From NCBI GenBank assembly GCA_965198065.1, contig CBDAON010000004.1:1344001-1408000 (forward strand): 64,000 bases of DNA, written 5' to 3'. The number at the start of each line of letters is the position of its first letter. Within the stretch, counting starts at the first letter, position 1. A program made the position numbers and the translations under genes. This document shows, one piece after another, positions 31,227 through 41,705 of the stretch. The notes under the pieces are model-generated. The model worked only from the letters and a program-made list of their open reading frames with translations. It did no database searches and was not told where the DNA came from. The DNA is from Longimicrobiales bacterium. Its GTDB lineage: Bacteria > Gemmatimonadota > Gemmatimonadetes > Longimicrobiales > Gaopeijiaceae.

Positions 31227-31330
31227 TCACGCAGCCGCCTGCTTGCGCCTCTCCTGCGCCAAGTCATAGGCCGCCTGAAGACGCATCCAGTGATACTGCG
31301 TTGCTCCAACCGATGCGCTCCAGTGCCAGC
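31227..31330 (-). pseudogene. HigA-like antitoxin C-terminal remnant
   Basis: WMRLQAAYDLAQ motif. Confidence 0.55.
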
Positions 31331-31471
31331 GAGGATGGCGGTACGCGTCTTGATGAAAGCCTGAATCTCGGCCGCCATAGATTCGTCTTCGGACCGGACA
31401 CCCGAAGGCCGGGATCAATTTGATTTGCGATCAAACAGAGTGTGGGCCGACTCCGAACACAGTCAACGAGC

Positions 31472-31900
31472 CTACCGTTCCCAGATCACCTCGACCCCTA
31501 ACTCGCAATCGGTGGGGATCCTGAGGCGACGGCCTTCGACGATGGCCTCATCGGTGCAGCTTCCGTCGCCCGGACTCAGGCGCAGCCTGTCGCCGGATGC
31601 TGTCCAAGTGCCGGAAACCGGGATCCGGCTAGGCACCCTGGTCTGGGCAGGGGTGACATCGAAGTAGCCGGACCAATTTTGGTCCTGGCGGATCTCTAGA
31701 CGGCCATCATGAACGGTGAGGAGGGTTATTCCGGTGGTCACGTCTATTAGCGTCATGGGAAGTGCAAGACCGATGACGCTGACCAGCCGGTAGGTTCCGA
31801 TAAAGCTAGGGGCCTGTGGGGCCGTGGGGCTGCCATCGCTTGTGTCACTGCCGCAACCAAAGGTGAAGAGCACTGCGAGTAGCACGGCGAACTTGCGCAC
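31472..31900 (-). CDS. Lipocalin-like lipoprotein
   Basis: GTG start, lipobox FTFGC, GTYRLVSV and SGTW strands. Confidence 0.7.
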   Translation of the reverse strand: MRKFAVLLAVLFTFGCGSDTSDGSPTAPQAPSFIGTYRLVSVIGLALPMTLIDVTTGITLLTVHDGRLEIRQDQNWSGYFDVTPAQTRVPSRIPVSGTWTASGDRLRLSPGDGSCTDEAIVEGRRLRIPTDCELGVEVIWER

Positions 31901-31945
31901 AGAGATGCCCCTGTAGGACTGTGGGCCTGATGAAGAGCCAAGATC

Positions 31946-32505
31946 GTGCCAGCGTACCAACTACCAGGGTCGTCGGACAATGGCGGGCGTAGAGACCGTG
32001 TGGCGATCAGGACGCGCTCCGCCGGGGGCCGGGACCTCCGGGGCTGGCTCTCACTACGAAAGGTGCACCAAGCCGCGCCAGCGGACGCCCTCGAAGCTGC
32101 TCTCGGAGCGCCGCTTGAAGCAACGGCCGAGGATTCTCAGCGCTCGCCCGCCCCGTAGACTCATCAGAGCCTCGGACCCTGGGCGATTACCTTGAGCTCG
32201 CCGGGCACCGTCGCGACCGGAACGCACCCCTGTTCCAGCCTACCCAGGCCCGCTGGGCCGGACAGCCGCTCACAGGCGACGGCATCTACAAACTCGTGCG
32301 GAAGTACGCCTCCCTCGCCGCCATCCCCATGGAGCGCATCGTCCACGCCCTCCGGGCCACGGCCGCTACCAACGCCCTCGAGCACGAGGCCGACATCGCA
32401 CGCGTCCAGGACTGGCTCGGCCACGCCAATGTGAGCACAACCCGGCTCTATGACCGCCGCGCGCGCCGGCCCGAGGACAGCCCCACGTTCCGGGTTAGCT
32501 ACTGA
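31946..32505 (+). pseudogene. XerC/D-like tyrosine recombinase, degenerate
   Basis: [14 protein letters not shown]...[13 protein letters not shown]; upstream part frameshifted. Confidence 0.8.
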
Positions 32506-32645
32506 CGAGGGGATTCGCTGTCAGTGATCCTCGAGGCCTAACGGGGCTAGAAGCACCCTTCCCTTTCCCTCCAAGAAATTTCTGTTGCTTCTGGAGCCTA
32601 GATGTGACACGCTTGCACGCGTACATGCTTGCAAGTGTGCACACC
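32368..32645 (+). repeat. 278-bp near-identical direct repeat, copy 2
   Basis: Matches 27765-28042. Confidence 0.9.
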
Positions 32646-32689
32646 CATCGAAGATGGCACCACGCTCCGAGGTGATATCGTGCGACTCG

Positions 32690-33440
32690 CGAGTCGATTC
32701 GGCCGCTACGGCTAGCGACGCGTCACGGACACGCTCCGCATCGAGGGCTGGGGGGTGAAGCACAAGCGGGTGGAGCGGATCTGGAGGCAGGAGGGGCTGA
32801 AGGTCCCGGAGCGGCAGCCGAAGCGAGGTCGGCTGTGGCTCAACGACGGATCGTGCATCCGGCTGAGGCCGCTGTATCGGGGCCACGTCTGGTCGTACGA
32901 CTTCGTGGCCTCGAGGACGCACGACGGGCGTGCGCTGAAGCTGCTGACAGTGCTGGACGAGCACACGAGGGAGTGCCTGGCGATCGTGGTGGCTCGCAAG
33001 ATCCGCTCGCACGACGTGCTCGAGGTGCTGGACGATCTGTTCGTCCGACACGGGCCTCCCGAGTATCTGAGGTCGGACAACGGACCGGAGTTCACCGCGA
33101 AGCCCGTGCGGCGGTGGTTGGGGCGCGTGGGCGTCGAGACGCTCTTTATCGAGCCGGGCAGCCCGTGGGAGAACGGCTACAACGAGAGCTTCAACGGCAA
33201 GCTCAGGGACGAGCTGTTGAACGGGGAGATCTTCTGCTCGTTGGCGGAGGCGGCCGTGCTGGTCGAGCAATGGAGGCGCGAGTACAATACCGTCCGACCC
33301 CACAGCGCCTGCGGCGGCTTTCCCCCGGCCCCTGAGGCGATTAAGCCGTCGCCCTGGTTCCTGAGGATGCCCGTCCTTCACCGCCCTCCACAGGTGCTGG
33401 GACTAACATAGGTTGTGGTACCGCTCTTCGGGGCAGGTCA
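32690..33440 (+). mobile_element. IS3-family right portion (orfB and right IR)
   Basis: WSYDF, RSDNGPEF, PWENGYNESFNG; ends GGGGCAGGTCA. Confidence 0.92.
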
Positions 33441-33499
33441 GGAGACGTACAACCGACCGTCCAAGATGGGATCCTACAGCCGAGGGGAGAGTCGTCTCC

Positions 33500-36121
33500 A
33501 TGCCTACTTCGTCAAGGGGCCTTTGCCTCATCGCTGCTGTCTGTGGCTGCTCCGCGCTGCTGTTACTGCTAGCCGCACCGCCGGCGACCGCCCAGTCGAC
33601 GGGAACCATCAGGGGCACGGTAGTGGACGTGTCCGGCAACGCCTTGCCCGATGTCTTGGTGACCGCAACCGGTTCCGGCGTGGGCGAGGAAGTCGTCACG
33701 GATGCTGAAGGCGCCTACGAATTCCCCGCTCTCGCCGCCGGCGACTATGTCGTAACCGCCACCCTGTTCGGCTATGCGCCCCGGGAGCTTCGGGTCACCG
33801 TCCGCGCGGGTGCAGTCGAAACGGTCCCGATCGTTCTGGAGCCCGCTTTCCAGCTCGATCCAATCAGCGTGGTGGCGGAGGAGCCCACGGTCTTCGCGCG
33901 CAATTTCGTCGCGGAGCCGATGATCAGGCAGCAGTCGAACATGACCTCTGTGACGTCGGTGATCGACAACCTTCCCGGCGTGTCCGTCCAGGAGGGGGAC
34001 GCGTATGCCTTTGACGACTGGTCGAGCAACGTCGCCATGCGCGGGTTCCAGTCGACCATCAACGACGTACAGATCGGCACCACCATCGACGGATTCCCCA
34101 ACGGCACGTCGGATTACTGGAGCGGCGCGAAGGCGAACCGGTTCGTCGACCCGATGAACCTCGGAGGCGTCGAGGTTTCGCAGGGGACCGCCGACATCGC
34201 CTCCCGGTCGGTCGAGGCGCTGGGCGGCACGTTCAATTTCCTGACGGCCGACCCGGCGGTCGAGCGGAGCCACACGGCGTCCGTCACGATCGGCGAGAAC
34301 GAGGGCCAGCGCTTCGCCGCGCGGGTCGAGACCGGATCGTTGTTCGGCGGCACGACGCGGGCCTGGGTAGCCGCGATCCGGCAGGAGGCGACCGACTGGA
34401 TGGAGGGCTCCGCAAGGAACGAGCGGGAGCACCTCGCCGCCAAGATCGTGTTTTCGCACGGACCTCTCGATCTCACCGGCTACATCTCGCACGACGACAT
34501 CCACGAGGATGTCTACCAAAGGCTCAACGGCGAGGCGGACTTCAGGGCCGACCCGCGCTGGGACCGGCTGATCGGCCACTGGCCCGGCGTGCCCTACCTG
34601 AACCAGTTCTACCGCCCCGGCTGGCAGACACGGCGCAAGAACACGCTCGCCTACATCAAGGCCGATTGGTCCCTCAGCGAGTTGATCTCCCTGAGCGCGG
34701 GCGCGTACCATCATGACAACCGGGGCCGTGGCGACTGGTTGCCCCCCTACATCGTGGACGTGGTGGACGACGGGAATCGGCCGGAGTCGGAGCTAGCGGG
34801 CCTCGCGCCGGTGCGGGGCGGCACGCAGCTCGGGGTAGTCCGCTTCGTGGACGGCAATGGCGTCGCCGTCGGACCGGTGCCGGGATGCACGTCGTCCTAC
34901 ATCTTCAACTACTACGGGTCGGGCGACCCGGAGGTCGACCCGGCGTGCCACCCCGGGGCGACCGCGGTTCAGTCGTACCGTCACAGCCATTACGGGAAGA
35001 ATCGCCTCGGCGCGAACATCGACGCAGAGTGGTCCGTTCCGTTCGGCGGGGGAGGGGGCAGCGCACTGCGCGCGGGCATCTGGTACGAGGACTCGCGGCG
35101 CGACCTCGGCCGGGACTGGCACCGGATGCTGGACCCTGCGCTCAACTTCAAGTGGGACGAGCAGGCCTATTGGCACCAGTACGAGTGGGACTTTCCGCAG
35201 GACGTCTTTAAGTGGTACGTGGAGGAGACGCTGTACTTCGGCCCGTTCGAATTGGCCGGCGGCGTCAAGCAGTACCTTGTCTCCGTGTCGCGCGAGGACC
35301 AGTTCGGCATTGATCGGGACCTTGGTGTCGATTCCGATTCGGAGCTGCTCTTCTCCGGCGGCGTCACCTACGAGACGCCGGTCGAGGGCCTCGACCTGTT
35401 CGCGGGCTACGCCGAGAACTTCAGGGCGATCAGCAGCACGTTGCTCGAGGCCCCGAGCCGCAGTTTGGACCTTCTCGAGCCCGAGACCGCGTCGAACATC
35501 GATGTCGGGGTTCAATACTCCGGCGAGCGGCTCACCTTGAGCGCCACCCTGTATTCCATCGATTTTGACAACCGGATCTTCTACCTTGGCCCGCAGACGT
35601 CCGCAGGACCCAACTACCTCATCCCCGGAGGAGGGGCCTACTTCAACGCGGGCGGCATCGAAACGAGTGGTGTCGAGTTGGCCGCCACGGTGGCGATGCC
35701 GGGTCGGACATCGCTCTACACCGCTCTCACGCTCAACGACTCTAAATACGTCGGGACCGACGATCCGCTCGTTGACGCCAGCCAGGGCATTGTCCCGGGT
35801 ACCGACGTTACGGGCGTGCCGCCTCGGCTGTGGGTGGTGTCCCTCGACCGCACCGGACCCCTGGGTGGCGGGCTGTCTGCGAAACACACGGCATCGCGCC
35901 GCGTCAGTCTGACGGCGGACTGGTACACCGACGCCTACTGGGTGGTAGACGCCTACGTCAGCTTCAGCGGCGAAGCGTTGAGCGATCTGTTCCGGGCGAC
36001 GGAGTTCTCGATCGTGGCGAACAACGTACTCGACAGCCCCTATCTGTCCGCGATCACCGAGAACGCGGCCTGGCTGGGCGCACCCCGGACGATATCCATG
36101 ACCGCGACCGTCTCCTTCTGA
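33500..36121 (+). CDS. TonB-dependent receptor with carboxypeptidase-regulatory-like N-domain
   Basis: Signal peptide, TGTIRGTVVD, plug LPGV..MRGF, PET, NNVLD..Y, C-terminal F. Confidence 0.92.
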   Translation: MPTSSRGLCLIAAVCGCSALLLLLAAPPATAQSTGTIRGTVVDVSGNALPDVLVTATGSGVGEEVVTDAEGAYEFPALAAGDYVVTATLFGYAPRELRVTVRAGAVETVPIVLEPAFQLDPISVVAEEPTVFARNFVAEPMIRQQSNMTSVTSVIDNLPGVSVQEGDAYAFDDWSSNVAMRGFQSTINDVQIGTTIDGFPNGTSDYWSGAKANRFVDPMNLGGVEVSQGTADIASRSVEALGGTFNFLTADPAVERSHTASVTIGENEGQRFAARVETGSLFGGTTRAWVAAIRQEATDWMEGSARNEREHLAAKIVFSHGPLDLTGYISHDDIHEDVYQRLNGEADFRADPRWDRLIGHWPGVPYLNQFYRPGWQTRRKNTLAYIKADWSLSELISLSAGAYHHDNRGRGDWLPPYIVDVVDDGNRPESELAGLAPVRGGTQLGVVRFVDGNGVAVGPVPGCTSSYIFNYYGSGDPEVDPACHPGATAVQSYRHSHYGKNRLGANIDAEWSVPFGGGGGSALRAGIWYEDSRRDLGRDWHRMLDPALNFKWDEQAYWHQYEWDFPQDVFKWYVEETLYFGPFELAGGVKQYLVSVSREDQFGIDRDLGVDSDSELLFSGGVTYETPVEGLDLFAGYAENFRAISSTLLEAPSRSLDLLEPETASNIDVGVQYSGERLTLSATLYSIDFDNRIFYLGPQTSAGPNYLIPGGGAYFNAGGIETSGVELAATVAMPGRTSLYTALTLNDSKYVGTDDPLVDASQGIVPGTDVTGVPPRLWVVSLDRTGPLGGGLSAKHTASRRVSLTADWYTDAYWVVDAYVSFSGEALSDLFRATEFSIVANNVLDSPYLSAITENAAWLGAPRTISMTATVSF

Positions 36122-36344
36122 CGGACCACAAGGACGCCCCCTTCCCGTGATGGTTTTCAGCCGTTGCCCGGCGTGGGCGCTGGCAGAGCGATGGCGGTGG
36201 GCACGCGCCAACGGATACGGTCTCCCGATTCGATCGCTCAACCAAGCCCTGCGCTGGAAGGGCGCGGGACCTGCCCTGCCGTGGAGTCTTGAGCGACTTG
36301 CATATGCTGGCGCCTACGAGGCGGCGGCCCGCTGACGAAACCCT

Positions 36345-37952
36345 GTGACCGAGATCGCGAAGACCGACTACAAGCTGGGTCAGGACAACGTCCAGGTTCT
36401 TGGCCTCGACATCCACAATCCGGTCTTCGTCGTCTCCAGCCTCGCCATCATCGCGTTCGTCGCTGGGGTACTGGCATTCCAGGCTGGGGCGACGACGGCA
36501 TTTGGAGCGCTGCGCGCGTGGCTCCTGCCGACGTTCGACTGGGTGTTCATGGGCGCGGGCAATTTATTCGTACTCTTCTGTCTGCTTCTGGTGGCGACGC
36601 CGCTTGGCCGCGTTCGCCTGGGCGGCGTGGATGCCCGGCCGGACTATTCTCGATCGACTTGGTTCGCGATGCTGTTCGCCGCCGGGGTGGGCATCGGCCT
36701 GATGTTCTTTGGGGTGTCGGAGCCGGTGGAGCATTTTCTGCAACCGCCGCTCGGGCTCGAGGCAGTCGACACGGTGGCAGCGCGCCTCGGCATGGCCAGC
36801 GCAATCTACCACTGGGGCATCCATGGGTGGGCCATCTACGCGGTGGCAGCGCTGTCAATCGCCTTCGCGTCGTACAACCTTGGGCTGCCGATGACGCTCC
36901 GGTCAGCGTTCTATCCGCTCCTGGGGGAGGCGGTGTGGGGCCGGTTCGGCCACGCCATCGACATTCTCGCCGTCTTCGCCACGCTCTTCGGGCTGGCCAC
37001 CTCGCTCGGCCTGGGCGCTCAACAATTGGCGGCGGGGCTGGCCCACCTGTGGGGCACGCCGACGACCGACATCGCCCAGGTCCTGCTGATCGCCGGCATC
37101 ACGTGCTTGGCGTTGACGTCGGTCATCAGCGGGATGGAGAAGGGGGTCAAGCGGCTGAGCCAAGCCAACCTGTGGATCGCCGTACTGCTGCTGGCGTTCG
37201 TGCTGACGGTCGGCCCGACGCTCGACATCGCCACTCGCACCGTGACCAGCCTCGGCCAATATCTCGCAGCAATCGGACCGCTCAGCAACTGGCTGGGCCG
37301 CGAGGACCTCCACTTTATGCACGGCTGGACGATCTTCTACTGGGCCTGGTGGATTTCGTGGTCCCCTTTCGTTGGCTTGTTCATCGCCCGAGTCTCGCGC
37401 GGCCGGACAGTGCGCGAGCTGATCGCCTGCATGCTGATCATCCCGACGCTGACTATCGCGATCTGGATGAACGCCTTCGGCGGGACTGCGGTATCGCAAT
37501 ACGTCGACCGCGGTCATCTCGACGTGATCGCGGCCGTGCAGGCGCAGCAACCGGAGATCGCCCTGTTCGCGCTGCTGGAGACGCTGCCGCTTGCGAACGT
37601 CACGTCGTTCATCGGCCTCGTGCTTATCGTGGTGTTCTTCGTCACCTCCTCCGACTCCGGATCGCTGGTTATCGACACTATCACGGCCGGCGGCAAGCTG
37701 GACGCGCCGGTCGCCCAGCGCGTGTTCTGGTGCGTCTTGGAGGGGCTGGTCACCGTCGCACTGCTGCTCGGCGGCGGCCTCGTGGCCGCACAGGCGGCCA
37801 TAACCGCCGCCGGATTGCCTTTCGCGCTGATGCTGATCGCCCTGTGCTACAGCACCTGGAAGGGGCTACGCGCGACACAAACAGGCCGGGCCAGTTCACC
37901 CGCCACAGGCAGCCACAACGATCGCGTGGGAAATGACCCCGGATTTTCTTAA
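36345..37952 (+). CDS. BCCT-family betaine/carnitine/choline transporter
   Basis: WFAMLFAAGVGIGLMFFGVSEP, HWG..GWAIY, WTIFYWAWWISWSPFVG.FIARVSRGRT, FFVTSSDSG. Confidence 0.95.
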   Translation: MTEIAKTDYKLGQDNVQVLGLDIHNPVFVVSSLAIIAFVAGVLAFQAGATTAFGALRAWLLPTFDWVFMGAGNLFVLFCLLLVATPLGRVRLGGVDARPDYSRSTWFAMLFAAGVGIGLMFFGVSEPVEHFLQPPLGLEAVDTVAARLGMASAIYHWGIHGWAIYAVAALSIAFASYNLGLPMTLRSAFYPLLGEAVWGRFGHAIDILAVFATLFGLATSLGLGAQQLAAGLAHLWGTPTTDIAQVLLIAGITCLALTSVISGMEKGVKRLSQANLWIAVLLLAFVLTVGPTLDIATRTVTSLGQYLAAIGPLSNWLGREDLHFMHGWTIFYWAWWISWSPFVGLFIARVSRGRTVRELIACMLIIPTLTIAIWMNAFGGTAVSQYVDRGHLDVIAAVQAQQPEIALFALLETLPLANVTSFIGLVLIVVFFVTSSDSGSLVIDTITAGGKLDAPVAQRVFWCVLEGLVTVALLLGGGLVAAQAAITAAGLPFALMLIALCYSTWKGLRATQTGRASSPATGSHNDRVGNDPGFS

Positions 37953-37969
37953 AGATTTCAGAAAGTCGC

Positions 37970-39271
37970 ATGAGGAACATACCGGATACGCATTGGAAGG
38001 AACTGCTGGCTGCAGACCGCGCGCAGGTCTGGCATCCCTACTCGGCGATGCCGGGGAAAACCCCTGTGTTTCCTATTGTTTCCGCCGAAGGCGTTCGGCT
38101 GCGCCTCGCCGACGGAAAAGAACTCATCGACGGCATGTCGTCCTGGTGGTGCGCCATCCATGGCTACAATCATCCTGTCCTGAATCGAGTCATCGAAGAC
38201 CAACTTGTCTACATGTCCCACGTCATGTTCGGCGGGCTCACACACGAACCCGGGATCCGGCTGGCCGAAAGACTCATCCAGATAACACCCCCAGGGCTCA
38301 ATGCCGTCTTCTTTTCGGATTCCGGTTCGGTGGCTGTCGAAGTTGCTATGAAAATGGCGATCCAGTATCAAGCCGCGCGTGGAAAACCTGGCAAACAGAA
38401 GATGGTAGCCCTACGCGGTGCGTATCACGGCGATACGCTGGGCGCCATGGCGGTGTGCGATCCCGTGACGAGCATGCACCAACTCTTCACCGGTGTCCTC
38501 ACGCCGCACTTCTTTGCTGAACGTCCGCGCGTTCGCTTCGGCGAAGAGTGGCAGTCCGATGACGTGACCCCGCTTGCGGAGGTATTGGAGAGCCATTCTG
38601 GCGAGATTGCCGCCGTGATACTGGAGCCTGTTGTCCAGGGGGCGGGTGGAATGTGGTTTTACCATCCCGAGTACCTACGCGCGGTACGTCGGCTTTGCGA
38701 CACACATGACGTACTGCTGATCGCGGATGAAATTGCCACTGGATTCGGCCGTAGCGGCAAGCTCTTCGCGTGTGAGCATGCCGGTATCAGTCCCGACATC
38801 CTCTGCCTTGGAAAGGCGTTGACGGGAGGATACATGACTCTGGCGGGGACTCTCGCCACGACGGCCTTGAGTGAAGCGATCTCCGAAGGCGACGGTGCGT
38901 TCATGCATGGCCCGACGTTCATGGCCAATCCGTTGGCCTGCGCCGTAGCGGGCGCGAGCATTGAGTTACTCTTGTCGTCGGACTGGGGATCCACCGTCGC
39001 CCGAATCGAGCAACAACTGGCCTCCGGACTCGAATCCTGCCGCGACTTCGAACAAGTCGCCGACGTTCGCGTGTTGGGTGCGATCGGCGTCGTCGAACTC
39101 GAAGAACCTGTGGACATGCAGGTCATGCTGCACGAGTTCGTCGGGCGCGGTGTCTGGGTCAGGCCGTTCAAGAATCTTGTCTACGTAATGCCGCCTTTTG
39201 TCATTAGTCCTGACGACCTGGCATGTGTCACAGAGGCGATCGTGGAGGTGGTAGCTGGACTGGCGGGGTAG
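37970..39271 (+). CDS. bioA: Adenosylmethionine-8-amino-7-oxononanoate aminotransferase
   Basis: VWHPY, DGMSSWWCAIHG, SGSVAVEVAMKMA, YHGDT, DEIATGFGR, GKALTGG, HGPTFMANP. Confidence 0.95.
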   Translation: MRNIPDTHWKELLAADRAQVWHPYSAMPGKTPVFPIVSAEGVRLRLADGKELIDGMSSWWCAIHGYNHPVLNRVIEDQLVYMSHVMFGGLTHEPGIRLAERLIQITPPGLNAVFFSDSGSVAVEVAMKMAIQYQAARGKPGKQKMVALRGAYHGDTLGAMAVCDPVTSMHQLFTGVLTPHFFAERPRVRFGEEWQSDDVTPLAEVLESHSGEIAAVILEPVVQGAGGMWFYHPEYLRAVRRLCDTHDVLLIADEIATGFGRSGKLFACEHAGISPDILCLGKALTGGYMTLAGTLATTALSEAISEGDGAFMHGPTFMANPLACAVAGASIELLLSSDWGSTVARIEQQLASGLESCRDFEQVADVRVLGAIGVVELEEPVDMQVMLHEFVGRGVWVRPFKNLVYVMPPFVISPDDLACVTEAIVEVVAGLAG

Positions 39272-39687
39272 AGCGAACCCGATGGTGTCGTGCGCTGGCC
39301 CCAAGATATCGTCATTTGACGATGTGGGTTAGTGCAGCTGATCCGGGAGTTAGTCAGTTTTTGCACCGCTCCAATGGAGATATTGTTGTCGACGCGATCG
39401 GGTTCGTGGTGCGGGCGACACTCAAGGAGCACACGGGGTCGCCGGTTGTCGAGACGTTGCGGTGTTCACCGGGGGCGTGGTACGCGGCCGCGAGACGGGC
39501 GCAAGGGGGTGTCGGGCACAATCAGGACCGCCGTGAAGCCGCCTCGAAAGGATCCGGTTTCGACTGTGCGGGCGGCGCGGCGTCTGCGGTCGGGCCGGAA
39601 GCCCTGCATGCCGTTGCGAAGATTCGAACACTGCCGGACGGCGCCGGTCGTCTGGCTCGTAGAAGGCTCGGAGAGGAGACCGCTCGC

Positions 39688-39993
39688 ATGAAAGCCATAA
39701 CATTGGACGCCTGTAACTATGGCCGGCGCGCCATCGCTGTCGTGCTGTTGTCGTTGTCGGTCGCAGTAACGACGACAGCCCAGACAACTGGCTCGATCGA
39801 CAGTGCCGTCGTCGACGCAAACGGCAACCCGCTGCCCGGTGTGGTGGTGACGGTGGCCGGCCCCGCCGTGCGGCAGGAGCACGTGACCGGTGTGGACGGC
39901 GCCTATACGGCCGCCGGGCTGGCGGCGGGCGACTATGTCATCACGGCTGGTTCTGCCGGATTTCGAGACCGCGGAAGCCCCGGTCTCCGTCCC
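39688..39993 (+). pseudogene. Truncated TonB-dependent receptor N-terminus
   Basis: Signal peptide, TTGSI..VVDANGNPLPGV..LAAGDYVIT similar to the 33500 gene; cut by an IS3 end. Confidence 0.75.
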
Positions 39994-40002
39994 TGACCTG
40001 CC

Positions 40003-40116
40003 TGACCTGCCCCCAAGAGCGGTACCATATCCTATGTTAGTCCCAGCTACCTGTGGAGGGCCGTGAAGGACGGGCATCCTCAGGAACCAGGGCGACGGCT
40101 TAATCGCCTCAGGGGC
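40003..40116 (-). mobile_element. IS3 right end, inverted copy of 33328-33440
   Basis: Near-identical reverse complement; TGACCTGC duplicated at 39994. Confidence 0.9.
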
Positions 40117-40159
40117 GCTGGACAGGTCCGATGCCCTGCTCGATGCGCCCCAGTTGATT

Positions 40160-40525
40160 GCACGATCGAGCATCCGGGAGCTGGCCCAAGGGTCGGCACT
40201 CTCGTTCCCGGAGCTGCTCCGGGACGGCCCATCGCTCGGGGGGCTGCTTCAGGACGAGGGCGTTCGTTCTGTACCGAGCCCCAGCGATCCCTCACCGGGC
40301 GCCACCGCATACTTCCGAGGTGGATACAACACGCGCGAGTACGGCTCCAGATCCAGCGGGGAAATCATCAGCGGGGTTCAGATCGAACACCATTCTCCGG
40401 GCCTCCGGGATACGAAGGCGAATCGACGCGCATACGCGGCAAAGCTGGCGCGGGTCATTCGCCGCTTCATGCGGACGCAATACGGATTCTTCGAGCCTGC
40501 CGGCTTCCAACGTCAGGGCCCATGA
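40160..40525 (+). pseudogene. C-terminal fragment of an N-formylglutamate amidohydrolase-like protein
   Basis: VPSP..PSPG...YFRGGYNT..YGS...GVQIE. Confidence 0.6.
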
Positions 40526-40978
40526 CGAAAGAGCCCTGACCGTCGGCATCCAGAACGGGGCCTCGACGACCTGGGAGATCGGCCATCCACGGATCGACCG
40601 CCGTCTCTTCCCGTCGTTCTGCAGGGTGAACGTCGTTTGGAAGCCGGGGGAGCCTCGGCCTCTGCGCTCTGCCCACGTCGTGAGGATCGACTCGCGGCGG
40701 CCCGAGCCCACGCCTTCGGTCAGCGCGCCAGCCGCACGCGAGATCGACTGGAGCACGCCCGTGCGATCGAACGTGGACCATCCTCGCGGCAGGGATAGGC
40801 TGTCGAGCCGGTTTGACGTGGCATTCGGTATTCTCCGAGAGTCCGTCAGATGCATACGGGGAGCACATCGTATCTGCCTGTCGTTTCGGGACTCCGGACC
40901 GCTGCAACGCGACTTGAAAGTCGGTGGACCATTTCACCGTCGGGCGAACAAGGAGGGTGGCACCAAGAGTGAGTCAGG

Positions 40979-41635
40979 TCACTCGTCTATACGCCCGAGC
41001 AGCAGCCAGCCCAGCTCGACGACCGCCTCCGGCAGACCACAGTCCCCGTCCTCGAGCACCCAGGCCAGTTGCCCGATCCGGGCCCTGCCCTGCGGAGCAA
41101 CCACGCCGTACTCGGCCAGGTGACCCCGAAGCGCATTGATGGTCTGCGTGCGCTGGCGCACCAGCAGGTCACGCGTGCGGAAGAGCATCCCCTGCGCCTG
41201 CTGCGCTTCGGTCTTGACCGCCACGAAGTGCATGGTCGGACGCTGCGCTGCTTCCGTGATCGCCTCCGCGTCCGCCGCGTCGTTCTTCTGCCTCTTGACG
41301 AAGGGCTTCACGTAGATCGGGGGAACCAGCTTCACCTCGTGACCGAGGGCCACGATCTCCCGGCCCCAGTAGTGGGCGCCGGCGCACGCCTCCATCGCCA
41401 CCGTGCAAGGCGGCTGCGCGGCGAGAAAACTCAGCAGCTTCCCGCGGCTCAGCTTCCTGCGGTACGCTACCGACCCGTTCGCCTTCTCCCCGTGTACCTG
41501 AAAGCTGCGCTTTGCCAGATCGATCCCGATGATGCTAACCTCCTCCATTGGATGCCCTCCTCCCTCAGATGGTCGATATCGCTCAGTACCATCTTGGCAC
41601 ATTGCGATGCCGCCGGGAGGGGGCGTCCACTCCAT
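40979..41635 (-). mobile_element. IS110-family (IS1111-like) left end and 3'-truncated transposase (start 41548)
   Basis: IGIDLAK, VAMEAC, VKRQKNDAADAEAI; C-terminal domain missing. Confidence 0.9.
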
Positions 41636-41705
41636 CGGGTATGACTGGCAGGCATCTCGAACCCGGATCAAGGACCAGTTGTTTGGGGTCAGCACCGGTC
41701 CATTC

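Noticed and set aside
31946..32505. Xer-like gene as the integron integrase for the attC array
   Set aside because: Degenerate, no IntI-specific features visible, plasmid-resolvase context, 14 kb away
40979..41700. Functional IS110/IS1111 bridge-RNA system
   Set aside because: Transposase lacks its C-terminal domain and the right non-coding end is absent
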